DNA of 64,000 nt from an uncultured delta proteobacterium. GTDB lineage: Bacteria > Desulfobacterota > Desulfomonilia > UBA1062. Below are positions 54,359-64,000 of this stretch, piece after piece. Made by a program: the position numbers and the translations under genes. The stretch lies in NCBI GenBank assembly GCA_963785235.1, contig CAWAUM010000005.1, positions 512,001 to 576,000 on the forward strand, given 5' to 3'. How positions within the stretch are numbered: the first letter of the stretch is position 1; every line of letters begins with the position of its first letter. The notes beneath the pieces were generated by a model, which was given only the letters and a program-made list of their open reading frames with translations, made no database searches and was not told the origin of the DNA.

Positions 54359-54583
54359 AGCGGCTCTCCTTGGCCTCATGTTCTTTAAATGATAACAACT
54401 AAATGTCTTATCGGATGTTTGTCAATTATAATAATACATTAATTAATAATTTATAATGCTCAATAAAGAGGAACTATCTCACACTAAAATCGATAAATTA
54501 TCAATTGTTGAGGTTTTAAGTTATAGAACTGATTTTCCGATAGTATTTTACATAAGATCAATTGAATTATTTTAGGGGGGCAT

Positions 54584-54889
54584 ATGCAATTGAAGTCAAA
54601 GAAAAGAGGAGATACTCTTTTTATTAAAATCATCGGTGCCATTGATACCCTTGCAGCAGAAAACCTGAGATTTGAACTTAGGGAGATCCTACTACAAAAC
54701 CCTCAAAAAGTAGTATTGGATCTCAAGAAGGTTCCAACTATGGGATCATTAGGCATCGGCAAGATACTCATGTTCTTTAAAAGTCTTGATAGCTCTAAGG
54801 CAAGTTTCGAGATTAAAGGAATCCATGAAAATCTTTATCCATTTTTCAAATCAGTTAAACTTGACAAGCTTTTCCCCATTTCTCAATAA
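54584..54889 (+). CDS. STAS-domain anti-sigma-factor antagonist
   Basis: IIGAID, VVLDLKKVPTMGSLGIG, KLDKLF. Confidence 0.88.
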   Translation: MQLKSKKRGDTLFIKIIGAIDTLAAENLRFELREILLQNPQKVVLDLKKVPTMGSLGIGKILMFFKSLDSSKASFEIKGIHENLYPFFKSVKLDKLFPISQ

Positions 54890-55020
54890 GGAGCAAGCAG
54901 CAAAGGGGAATATACATACCCGAAGTGTAAATTTCGTGTCAGATGTCATGGCATAAGTTGCAATTTTAGGTACGCAAATCTCATCAAGAGATATCACGTT
55001 CGACAGGTCAATAATAATTG

Positions 55021-56199
55021 CTATGCAGATATCAACCTGTTCAGTTTATCTGATTCTGCATGAGAAAATTCCATAGCCACTCCAATGCCAGAGGATCTAA
55101 CAACACGTCCTTGCACCCACACTGGTCTCTCTGATTTACTGATATCCAAATTTGCATTCACATAGGTTCCTTCATCGAGGGCCAAATTCGTATCTACATA
55201 TATTCCACCCAGACTAATATTTACTGCATGCCCTAATTCATAATATTGTGCATTCCTGCTACAAGGAATGTTCACCGCAACACCCATAGCAGCTTCTGCT
55301 CGCTTGTGTACCCTTCGAGTTTCCTGTTTGACCGGAAACCATTTTTCTTTGTATTCTGACATAACCTTTTTCACTCTATCAGAGGTCCTGATATTCCGGA
55401 TAGTTGGTGGGTTTGGTCGCTGAGGCATTGTTATCAAAACCTGATTCAGCCAATCCGAACTGTACTCGGCTATTTCATTCCAACCCGGTTCACCAATAAC
55501 CCAGTGGGTGTGATTTGAAAATTCTTTAAAAGTGGTAACTGCGTTATACTTATCTGCAACTCTTCGGACAACTGATGAAGGAGTGAGTTTATCTTGCCCT
55601 CCTGAGATAACGAGTGTAGGGCACGTGATCTTTGCCGAATCAACACTGGAAACACTTTTTCGATCCAAAAGCCAATAACCGATTTCGAATGCAGCCCTGC
55701 CGGATTCAGGTACCAATTTTTCATAAATCTCTTTCCGCTCCTCAACAGGAATTAATTGCATCGTGGCATACACTGCTTCATTAAATGTCGGCAGTATTGG
55801 CTTCCGCCAGAATCCCGGTCTCGTCATTGAACTCCAGAAGCTTTTTATTACAGATGCTCTCAAGGCAATTATCCCTTTTGGTGAAGCTGGTGTAAGAAGC
55901 ACTAGCGCTTTTGCTAAACCCCTGCTTCCAAGCATTTGCGCAAGAAGACCCCCCATGGAATGCCCCATGAGAATAGGTTTTTGATCAAGCTTATAGATTT
56001 CCTTTTCAAGGTCCTCTACATAATCGAACAGACTCGTTGTACCTACTTGATTGTTAGGGTCATCCTTGTATTTTTTATTGTGATATCTGAGGTTAGGAGT
56101 AATGCAGTGATACCCTTTTGATTCAAAGAACCTCTTATAATTGTCCCATACCCAATCTCCACACCACATTCCATGGATCATCATTATATGCTCGCTCAT
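55021..56199 (-). CDS. Alpha/beta hydrolase fused to a C-terminal PilZ domain
   Basis: IHGMW, GHSMGG; RRVHKR and NISLGG PilZ motifs, GRVVR..GVAMEF. Confidence 0.85.
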   Translation of the reverse strand: MSEHIMMIHGMWCGDWVWDNYKRFFESKGYHCITPNLRYHNKKYKDDPNNQVGTTSLFDYVEDLEKEIYKLDQKPILMGHSMGGLLAQMLGSRGLAKALVLLTPASPKGIIALRASVIKSFWSSMTRPGFWRKPILPTFNEAVYATMQLIPVEERKEIYEKLVPESGRAAFEIGYWLLDRKSVSSVDSAKITCPTLVISGGQDKLTPSSVVRRVADKYNAVTTFKEFSNHTHWVIGEPGWNEIAEYSSDWLNQVLITMPQRPNPPTIRNIRTSDRVKKVMSEYKEKWFPVKQETRRVHKRAEAAMGVAVNIPCSRNAQYYELGHAVNISLGGIYVDTNLALDEGTYVNANLDISKSERPVWVQGRVVRSSGIGVAMEFSHAESDKLNRLISA

Positions 56200-56446
56200 T
56201 ATGAACCTCCATATTGATGATTCAAATAATAGTGTTGTTTCACAAATTATCAATAGGTTAATTATAAGTATCTTATGGAAGACTCGTGACAGGCGATCCT
56301 ATAATGAAAAAGATGACATTGTGCTATTGTTATATTATAGAGATGCTAATGCTCAAACCCAGTAAGAGCCATTCTTCATGAACTTAGCTTATTAATAAGG
56401 GACTGAGCATGATAATACGTGGTTTGGTAAATACGAGGAGGGAATC

Positions 56447-56722
56447 ATGACAAAATCGGAGTTGGTTGATGTAGTTGCTAATAAGGCGGGACTACCAAAA
56501 GCAAAGGTCTTAAATGCAATCGATGCACTTACAGATGCGATCCAAGGCGCACTCAAGAAAGGTGATAAGGTTACTCTGATAGGCTTCGGTACCTTCGATG
56601 TGGCTAAAAGAGCTGCACGTACAGGTATGAATCCCCGTACAAAAGAGAAGATAAAGATCAAGGCCAGTAAGGCTCCTCGTTTCAAGGCAGGACAAGCATT
56701 CAAAGCTGTGGTGAATAAGTAG
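56447..56722 (+). CDS. hup: HU family DNA-binding protein
   Basis: MTKSELV, LIGFGTF, ARTGMNPRT, PRFKAG. Confidence 0.95.
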   Translation: MTKSELVDVVANKAGLPKAKVLNAIDALTDAIQGALKKGDKVTLIGFGTFDVAKRAARTGMNPRTKEKIKIKASKAPRFKAGQAFKAVVNK

Positions 56723-56760
56723 GAGCAATTTTTGGGACATGTTTACATAAGGGGAAGATC

Positions 56761-57150
56761 ATGGAATTAAATAAAGCAAAAGATTTCTGCAATCGATGGT
56801 TACCTGCTTGGACAGGCAACCGACCTGAATTTCTTATCTCATTCTACGCTGATGATGCCTTTTATTCAGATCCGTTCATTCCTAAAGGAGTTAAAGGTAA
56901 AGAGCAGATCTTAGCTTATTTTAGAAACTTCGTAAGCTTTTATCCCAGCTGGGAGTATGAGTACGTTGAGATATTTCCCACAGAAAATGGATTCACATTA
57001 AAATGGAAAGTGTCTCTTCCTTTTGAAAACGGCACTGTTGTTGATTATGGTTTAGATATTGTTGAAGTATCGAATGATAAGATAATACGTAATGAAGTAT
57101 ATTTTGATACTGCTCGTCTTCTGAAAGCTATAAAGAAGAACCAATCTTAA
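56761..57150 (+). CDS. SnoaL/NTF2-like protein
   Basis: WLPAWTGN, FYADDAFYSDP, RNEVYFD. Confidence 0.82.
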   Translation: MELNKAKDFCNRWLPAWTGNRPEFLISFYADDAFYSDPFIPKGVKGKEQILAYFRNFVSFYPSWEYEYVEIFPTENGFTLKWKVSLPFENGTVVDYGLDIVEVSNDKIIRNEVYFDTARLLKAIKKNQS

Positions 57151-57155
57151 ATGAG

Positions 57156-57482
57156 ATGAAGCATCATAGCACTATTTTTGCAGGAGCTGATCTTGGGAAC
57201 CGATACAAGTGTTTTAAGTGTGGCACCAAGTTTTATGACCTAAGCAGACCAGAACCCCTCTGCCCTTCCTGTGCAGTCAATCAAAACGATGATGAGGCAA
57301 AGGTTTTGCACAAACGGAAGAAAAGACGTAAGTCCTCTTCTTTCGTAAGTACAGATCATGCCATCACTGCTCCAGAAGATAGTGATGATGTGATCGAAGT
57401 TGTTAGTGAAGTTGATGCTGAATATGCTGTGGATGCTGATGACAATGACCTTGATGAGCAAACAGATACAGATGATGAATAG
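57156..57482 (+). CDS. FYDLN-acid domain protein
   Basis: LGNRYKCFKCGTKFYDL....LCPSC plus acidic tail. Confidence 0.85.
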   Translation: MKHHSTIFAGADLGNRYKCFKCGTKFYDLSRPEPLCPSCAVNQNDDEAKVLHKRKKRRKSSSFVSTDHAITAPEDSDDVIEVVSEVDAEYAVDADDNDLDEQTDTDDE

Positions 57483-57561
57483 TGATTAAGTAATATAGTA
57501 TAAAAAAGAGTTATATTTTTGGGGTAGGCTGTTGAGGACGGACGATAAAGAAACAAAAAAA

Positions 57562-57783
57562 ATGTACCTTACGATGGCTGATTTAAGCACCATTGGAATC
57601 TCTGTGATTCTGTCCCTTGTCGTGTGTCTGGGCTTTGGCATCTATCTGGACAGTCACTTTGGTACCTACCCTATCTTCACCGTTATTCTCATGTTACTGG
57701 GTATCCTTTCAGGATTCTGGATCATGTACAAGAATTACATGAAATTCTTCGACAAAAGCAAATCCGATGGTTCCAAGAAGTGA
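57562..57783 (+). CDS. AtpZ/AtpI-like (ATPase_gene1) protein
   Basis: LSTIGIS....GIYLDSHFGTYPIFTVILMLLGILSGF. Confidence 0.85.
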   Translation: MYLTMADLSTIGISVILSLVVCLGFGIYLDSHFGTYPIFTVILMLLGILSGFWIMYKNYMKFFDKSKSDGSKK

Positions 57784-57864
57784 AGTATAGAACTGAGTTG
57801 GAATTTTCAAAACCATAGATAAGATGCCATTCTCAAAAGTTTCTTTCTACAGAATCGGTTGAAT

Positions 57865-58719
57865 CTACATGCTCACTTGTTCATGGCTTTTATCATTTTC
57901 CTGATCCGCTTTCATCCGCCTTTTCACCTTTTCGGTATTTGTTTTCGTCAACCCTACTAGCCGCGCAGTCGCATCAAACAGTCGTGGGAACAAGACGTTA
58001 ACCAACATGAACGGCTTGTACGGAATGCTGCTGACAATAACTCGACTTTTGTATTTCAAGGTACATTTAATAACCTTGTCAGCAACATTCCTGCTTGTAC
58101 AAGACCCAATAATAGCGGGATATTTTACACCCATATTATAAATCATACCGGTATCGCTCACTGCCCCTGGACTAACCGAAGAGACTTTAACGCCTGTTTT
58201 GTGCAACTCCTGGCGCAGCGCATCAGTCCATGAATCAATTCCGCCTTTAGATGCATCATAAATACTGTTGTAAATCTCAGGTGCTCTGCCATCCGGTGAG
58301 CTGATATTGATGATGTGCCCCTTTTCCCTTTTGAGCATGCCAGGGAGTAGCAATCGGGTCAGTTCCATGGGCGCAATCAGATTCACTGAAAGAATGGATG
58401 TAAAGTCCTCCCGTTGATACTTTGTAAAGAAGCAATATTTTTCCAAACCCGCATTATTCACTAAAACATCTACATGGGGTGCCAGCTTATAGATCTTTTC
58501 AGCCAAGTCTTCTATTTCCACAGTCTTTGCAAGATCAAACGGTATGGCATGTACTTTGCCACCTAGAGTTTCAACCTGCTCACATGTTTTTTTAAGCCCA
58601 TCTGCCGATCGTGCGATCAGAATTAGATTTGCATTTTTCTTGGCAAATTCTTCGGCAATGGCAACCCCAATACCTCTGCTTGCACCTGTAATGACGACCC
58701 ATGAATTATTTAAATTCAT
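57865..58719 (-). CDS. SDR oxidoreductase
   Basis: TGASRGIG, NNAG, YDASK. Confidence 0.93.
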   Translation of the reverse strand: MNLNNSWVVITGASRGIGVAIAEEFAKKNANLILIARSADGLKKTCEQVETLGGKVHAIPFDLAKTVEIEDLAEKIYKLAPHVDVLVNNAGLEKYCFFTKYQREDFTSILSVNLIAPMELTRLLLPGMLKREKGHIINISSPDGRAPEIYNSIYDASKGGIDSWTDALRQELHKTGVKVSSVSPGAVSDTGMIYNMGVKYPAIIGSCTSRNVADKVIKCTLKYKSRVIVSSIPYKPFMLVNVLFPRLFDATARLVGLTKTNTEKVKRRMKADQENDKSHEQVSM

Positions 58720-59201
58720 TTCATCCTCCTCATCAGGCTTTAAAATGAATACTAAGTCTTAATAGATGAAATAAGATTCCACGGGAATATCATCAGTTTA
58801 TGATCTTCATAAAGATAATCAAACAATAATTGATAATAGATCATTAAATAGTATTTATTGAATAACAAAATGACTATTGTCTTTGCCTTATGATAATGCT
58901 TCAGACTTGATAGAAGTCAATAGGTGTTGATAATAATTTCCGTATACATAGACTGAAGCTTTCGTTATGCGTGGTCAGTAATGAACCGGATCTAGGCATA
59001 GATAACATCAGCAGATCATCATTTTTAGGGCATTTACAAAACGCCCATCTATCGCAGTACTCATCGGTTCGAGTAAAGCGGTGATTTTGAGTTATAATCT
59101 TTGGTGGACATCACGAATGGTAACAGCGTGATGTATGGCACCCATGTTTTAAAAATCGTAACATCTTACACAAAATTTCCGATGAATCTGATCCTGATGA
59201 G

Positions 59202-59658
59202 TGTCGAGATGTTTTACAATCACTGGATAAAATAGATCATGAGGAACTCAAAGATATTATTAATCTCATCTGACTCATCTGAGTTCTAAACTGTCGGTCA
59301 ATTTTACAAATTATCCAGCACATCCTCCCAAAATATTGCCAGATGTTAATAAAATAAGACAGTTACATTGGTTGGAATAATACATGCCAGAATTTCATTC
59401 AAGAAACAACAAGCCTATGAGGATGAGCCAATGAAAGAAAGGAACCATAGAGGTCAGTTCCTGATAGTAAATAAAGTCTCAAACTGTCGATAAATTTTAC
59501 AGCGCACACCATAAGAAATCATTAGTAAAATAAGCATAATATACTGAGTCATAAATTTGAGCTGTCGGTTTGCTTAACATTTCGTCAACATCATTTTGCC
59601 CACTTATGATAAATAACCTTTAAATTATAAAGGTTATTGAATGTGGCATGATTTATGA
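59202..59658 (+). promoter_or_regulatory. Four TGTCG-N9-ACA enhancer-like boxes plus a degenerate sigma-54 site
   Basis: 17-mers at 59202, 59292, 59485 (all ending TTTTACA) and 59563; TGGCAT-GATTT-ATGA at 59644. Confidence 0.65.
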
Positions 59659-59885
59659 ATAAAAATATTTTCTATGAATTGTATCGAGATACATCAGAAC
59701 TGCTTTTTCGTGGCAAATCAATCACGAGTATCTCTTTTAAAAAATGTAGAGATGAGGCCAGTGATGAGGTATCCGCTGAAATTAAGCCAGGTTCACTCCC
59801 GGTAGGTAGAATGTTACGATCATACCGGGAGTTCAATCTTCTGTAAATCAATGAAGATCACTATTAATATAAGGAGGTTCGATAC

Positions 59886-60569
59886 ATGAAAAAAATGTTA
59901 GAGGTTTTTCTGATAATCTTTCTTGTCGTGGGTGTTGCAATGCCTGCATCTGCCAACCTCATACAGAATGCAAGCTTTGAGAATTGGAATAGCAGTAGTG
60001 ATTTCACAAACTGGAATGAATACGGGGGTGTTGGAGTAGATTCGGGGGGTCTTGCCCGTACTGGCAGCTACGCAGCATATCTTTTGGATCCTGATGAGAT
60101 TTCTGATAACAGCGGCGTTGTTTCCGACAAATTCAACATCACTGAAATGGGCACATACCAGTATGGTGCATGGTTTCGTTATTTAACCCTAGATGATCCT
60201 ACAGTCGAGTACAACAACGACAGAACTGGGGTTACAACCAATATCTACTTTTCTGCTGGTGGTGCTACGTATCCAAATTTAATCTACGATATCTCAGGTG
60301 CTCCAGGGATGTCCTGGACAGACATAGGTTGGGGATATTTAAGTAATTGGATTTTCATGGGGGGAACTTTTGAAGTCTCTCAGGCGATCCTCAATGGAGA
60401 GCTGAATATCTACCTGCAGAACTGGGATCCTTTACTTTCTGTTGTCATTGTTGATGATGCCATAGTTGAAAGAATTCCTGATGCACCAGTTCCTGAACCA
60501 GCCACAATGCTTCTGCTGGGTACAGGAATCATTGGGATTGCAGGGTTCAGAAGGAGGTTTAGGAAGTAG
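59886..60569 (+). CDS. PEP-CTERM sorting domain protein
   Basis: Signal peptide (PASA), NLIQNASFE, VPEPATMLLLGTGIIGIAGFRRR. Confidence 0.93.
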   Translation: MKKMLEVFLIIFLVVGVAMPASANLIQNASFENWNSSSDFTNWNEYGGVGVDSGGLARTGSYAAYLLDPDEISDNSGVVSDKFNITEMGTYQYGAWFRYLTLDDPTVEYNNDRTGVTTNIYFSAGGATYPNLIYDISGAPGMSWTDIGWGYLSNWIFMGGTFEVSQAILNGELNIYLQNWDPLLSVVIVDDAIVERIPDAPVPEPATMLLLGTGIIGIAGFRRRFRK

Positions 60570-60590
60570 AGTTCACCTAAATGATGTGAG

Positions 60591-60626
60591 AAAGGCAGGG
60601 TCAGTCAAAGCCCTGCCTTTTTATTT
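60591..60626 (+). terminator. Rho-independent terminator
   Basis: AAAGGCAGGG..CCCTGCCTTT followed by TTATTT. Confidence 0.75.
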
Positions 60627-60904
60627 CATACCCAGGAAATTCAATAGTGTTGATTCCTGCGAAACAATCTTGACACCACCAAAACCAAAGATTATGTCTC
60701 GAAAGCTATGAAGATATTGATTGCCGATAAAGTGTAACTTTCGTGCCACAGGACACGGTCTGATATGAAGGGCCTTGCAGCATATGTTCCGAACCAAGAT
60801 CATCGGTTTTTGGCCATTGCGAAAGCACCAACTTATCACAGGGATCTATGGTTCAGAATCTGATATTTGGACCAACAATTATTTGGAGATCATAGCTATG
60901 GAGT

Positions 60905-61162
60905 CTATCGTTGTTTTTGCCTCCAATAGCTGTTGTAATGCGTAGGGCAACTGCATACTTTACTGAAGCCAATACTTGCTCGATACGGACATTCTTCATT
61001 TATTTTAGATTTCAAGAATAAGACATAAGGTCCATTAGCATAGCTAACTTCACACATCTCACGTTCGCCACACTTGCCAGATTCAAGGCAGGAGAATTCG
61101 TGTTGACACTTCGTTGTTAGGGTTAAGATCTCTTTAGGGACATAGATAGACATATTTACCAT
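60905..61162 (-). CDS. Small Cys-rich hypothetical protein
   Basis: Seven Cys (C...FSCL...C...C...CPY...CSCP); AAGGGG RBS. Confidence 0.65.
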   Translation of the reverse strand: MVNMSIYVPKEILTLTTKCQHEFSCLESGKCGEREMCEVSYANGPYVLFLKSKINEECPYRASIGFSKVCSCPTHYNSYWRQKQR

Positions 61163-61616
61163 CCCCCTTTTCTTACTTTTCTCTGTTAAGTATTATCTTT
61201 AAAACACCAGGTAAAACCAATCCGGCAAATTTGCCTCCCTTCATTTATAATTTTGACATAAACCTTCTGAATCTAGGGGTTCATAGTGGTGTAATGAAAA
61301 CAAAAAGGCATACAAGGAATCATTCAAAAGAGACACTCAATAGCATCAACAAAGAATCTATATGCAAATAATTAGACTTCTTAAAAATACTCGGTCACCA
61401 TGAAAATCAATAGCAAGGGTTGAAATAAAATACGAAAGTATAGCCATAGGGAGAACCATAGATTTCGCGCCAGGATCGGTACTTTATCCTCTAGCCTGAA
61501 AGGCATAGATCTCGTTACAGATCCAATACACACTCATTAGAAGCGCTCTAGCCAAAAAAACTAAGTTCTTTTAGATTGTGAACCGCATTTCCTCAAATTC
61601 CATCTATTAAGTAAGC

Positions 61617-61958
61617 ATGAGGAAAATACTGTTAGTAAGTGATGATAAACGCACCCAGCTACTTCTCAATGAAGAGTTTGAAGATGGGTATCAAGTATTG
61701 ACTGTGTCTAATAGGAAAGAAGCGCTTTCCCTATTAGCAAAAAATTCTAAAAAGCCAGACCTCGTTATCCTTGATCTCAGCGTACCTGAAAAAAGTAGGA
61801 TTGATACTCTTGGCCATATATTAAAGCAAAAGTTTAAATTACCCGTGATTATATTTCCAGCTTATAGCATCTTTAGGAAAGACACATTGAGAACAGAAAT
61901 TGATACATACAGGGTTAGATCTTCAGATATTTCGGCGCTAAGAAAAAAAGGTCCATGA
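61617..61958 (+). CDS. Single-domain response regulator, degenerate
   Basis: KILLVSDD, PDLVILD; switch Thr and conserved Lys positions read P and R. Confidence 0.7.
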   Translation: MRKILLVSDDKRTQLLLNEEFEDGYQVLTVSNRKEALSLLAKNSKKPDLVILDLSVPEKSRIDTLGHILKQKFKLPVIIFPAYSIFRKDTLRTEIDTYRVRSSDISALRKKGP

Positions 61959-62584
61959 CCTGATATAGAGCTGAAGTGTAGATCATGTGTCATACCTGAC
62001 ACTCATATCTGGCCTGATTTCATTATAGATTATATTTTGAGATTATCTGTTTTCAGTCCTTACAAAAGTGTCCGTCTATCGCAGGGATCAACGCTATAGG
62101 CAAACCGATGATTATGGTTAAAAGCATTCAGTAATCAGAAACCACTGTTCATGGCAGAGACTGTTGCCCATTAAAAGGTTCTGTCAATGAGAAAATAGTT
62201 CTCCCATTACAAGAGCCGTTATCTCTTGCAGAGTTTACCATTGCGCCAGCACGGACGATTCTCCTTCTCTCCGATCTCGCATCAGTTATTTCTTTTTCTT
62301 GGTTACGATTCATTTATCCTGAACCGCACCAGTCACCCATCGGGATCAAGGTTGCCAGGTATGGCTGTTGCGAAGCGGAGAGACATAAGGAATCTCGGAG
62401 CGAAGAAACAGCCATACCTGCGTAACCCCTGGCCTGATATCCAGGCCCCAGAAAATCGTCTGTTCCCTGGTATGTCCAACTTATTTCTCAAAACCCTTGG
62501 CTCTATGTCCAAACTCGTATGGTTCATATCAGAGGCGGATCAGAAAGTGATTATCCTTCCCTGCTGAATAATCTTAAATTTAGA

Positions 62585-62657
62585 GGCATAGGGTGGTGGA
62601 TCAATCAAAAAACAGTGGTTGTCGGCCAACAGTCTCCCCGAACTCACCACCCCAGCC
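62585..62657 (-). ncRNA. Predicted bridge/seekRNA target-binding loop
   Basis: Stem GGGTGGTG/CACCACCC enclosing GAGACTGTTG and GTTTTTTGAT, matching the left and right insertion junctions. Confidence 0.75.
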
Positions 62658-62660
62658 ATT

Positions 62661-63686
62661 CTATGAGAACAAGGCCTCCTCCTTGAAAGGAACCTGATCT
62701 CTCATGATGTAATAGCAAGCACGGGAAAGCTTGTTTGCCAGTGCCTTCCTCGCAATAATAGGATTCGTTTCCCGTGACTTGCGCTGATAGTACGCATTTG
62801 CCCGTTCACTGTAGATTCTGGAAAAATTACTAGCTTCCATAAATGCCCAGGCCAGATACTTGTTCCCGTTCTTTTTGTTGCCAACCCCTTTCTTCTTTCC
62901 ATTGCTGGTGTGCACACTGGAGACACACCTGCAGTACGAGGAAAAATTGCCAACACTAGGGAATCGGGATATATTCCCTACCTCCAGCATGATGGTCATC
63001 GCCAGGATATCTCCGATACCGATGACAGTAAGCAGATTCTCAAACCCAGAGCGTATCTTTAAAACCTTCCGCACTGCCTTTTCTATGCTCGTTATGTGGT
63101 GGCCCAGGAAATCAACGATGTTCGTACTCACCTTCCCAGAGAACAACAGATGTTCGTCGGTGAAGATCTTCTTCAAATCATCAGGGCACAGCTTCTTGAT
63201 CCCTGCTCCATTTATTCGCATCCCCGTGTTCCGTTCAATCATTGATTGGCATGAGAGGAGATTGGCTGTCCTGTGCCGCATCAAAAACGCTCTCTTCCTC
63301 AGCAGATCTCTTACCGGTCTGTCTTCCTTGGGGTAGATGTACCCTTCTGGTAGAATACCAAGGATCAGAAGTTGAGCTAGCCAGAATGCATCATGACGGT
63401 CGTCTTTATACTTGATCCCTTCATATTGTTTGATCGCTGACGGATTCGCTAAATGTAAGCAACCATATCCCGCTTCCATCAACCCGTCGACCAGCCAGTA
63501 CCAGTTGTATGTGCTCTCAACAACGATCCCCTTCACCTCATCATGGTAAGGCTCCAACGCCTGTAGTATCTCACCAAGGTCATTATTGTGCCTATTCTGG
63601 TAAACCCTTCTTTTCGATTCACCTTCCATGATTCCCATGTATGTGTTCCTTGAATGCAGATCCAACCCAACATACAGCTCTCCCAT
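62661..63686 (-). CDS. IS110-family DEDD recombinase/transposase
   Basis: VGLDLH, VVEST, KDDRHDA, IGIG, SRFPS, TSNGK, GNKYL. Confidence 0.95.
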   Translation of the reverse strand: MGELYVGLDLHSRNTYMGIMEGESKRRVYQNRHNNDLGEILQALEPYHDEVKGIVVESTYNWYWLVDGLMEAGYGCLHLANPSAIKQYEGIKYKDDRHDAFWLAQLLILGILPEGYIYPKEDRPVRDLLRKRAFLMRHRTANLLSCQSMIERNTGMRINGAGIKKLCPDDLKKIFTDEHLLFSGKVSTNIVDFLGHHITSIEKAVRKVLKIRSGFENLLTVIGIGDILAMTIMLEVGNISRFPSVGNFSSYCRCVSSVHTSNGKKKGVGNKKNGNKYLAWAFMEASNFSRIYSERANAYYQRKSRETNPIIARKALANKLSRACYYIMRDQVPFKEEALFS

Positions 63687-64000
63687 AAGATGCCTCCTCT
63701 TTCTTTTTATCCGTTAACGGCTCTTATGATTTGTAGAGTGAACCTTTTAGATGGCTATCAAAAAACCTTCACAGGATGGAACGTGATAAAAATCGACATC
63801 ATAGAATGCTCTACGATGGAAGATCTTTTATCGGGGCTTGTGTTTTGATGGTTTAAATTTGGTGGTTTTTGAGATCGCCGGACTTTTTCAACAGACTCGC
63901 ATGTAACATATATTCATACTGTAAATTATCTATACTAATACCCATTGTGTTTATGAGTATGTCTTGAGTATTCCATTAAAGCAGCATGAAAGGGCTCATG

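Larger units (their letters stand above)
62167..63757 (-). mobile_element. IS110-family, IS1111-subgroup insertion sequence
   Basis: Subterminal IR TAAAAGGTTC / GAACCTTTTA; ~490-bp non-coding end downstream of the transposase; outward TTGACA; no target duplication. Confidence 0.88.
62157..63898. mobile_element. IS1182-type MITE (~150 bp when empty) interrupted in its left IR by IS110
   Basis: GAGACTGTT..|..AAAAAAC split IR; right IR CTTTTTCAACAGACTC; GCA direct repeat, as for the IS1182 at 49732. Confidence 0.8.

Noticed and set aside
59705-59835. c-di-GMP-I riboswitch in the PEP-CTERM leader
   Set aside because: GGCAAA is present, but the GNRA-capped P2 and GACGCAAAGC core are not
62140-62149. 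AACCACTGTT in the flank matching a third stretch of the guide loop
   Set aside because: Outside the MITE IR and overlapping the right guide; likely chance, though worth checking in other copies

Overview
Bacterial window whose gene content (sigma-54 enhancer-binding proteins, 2-hydroxyacyl-CoA dehydratase with activase, multiheme cytochrome, PEP-CTERM) suggests an anaerobic Desulfobacterota/deltaproteobacterium; this taxonomy is an inference. Bases 1-30 kb are core-like: H+-PPase, acyl-CoA hydrolase-GNAT fusion, ABC-F, a degenerate primase paralogue, a CHASE4/PAS hybrid kinase, a heavily frameshifted dpp/opp ABC operon, a DUF3857/transglutaminase protein and a CPA2 antiporter. A 3' half of tRNA-Thr(CGT) at 30.2 kb looks like an att site, and accessory DNA follows to the window end: a dehydratase/FadL catabolic operon, an arylsulfatase/octaheme cluster, IS1182, an ORF-less group II intron and an IS110/IS1111 element. 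Most notable: (1) the IS1111-type element sits inside the terminal inverted repeat of an IS1182-type MITE, and a hairpin in its non-coding end carries two exact 10-nt matches to its own junctions (bridge/seekRNA-like guide); (2) a two-copy ~86-nt structured sRNA candidate with compensatory changes and an anti-Shine-Dalgarno linker complementary to a nearby RBS; (3) two convergent paralogous sigma-54 operons, each a small membrane protein plus an orphan AtpZ-like protein. All calls are from reading the sequence by eye; no database searches were run.
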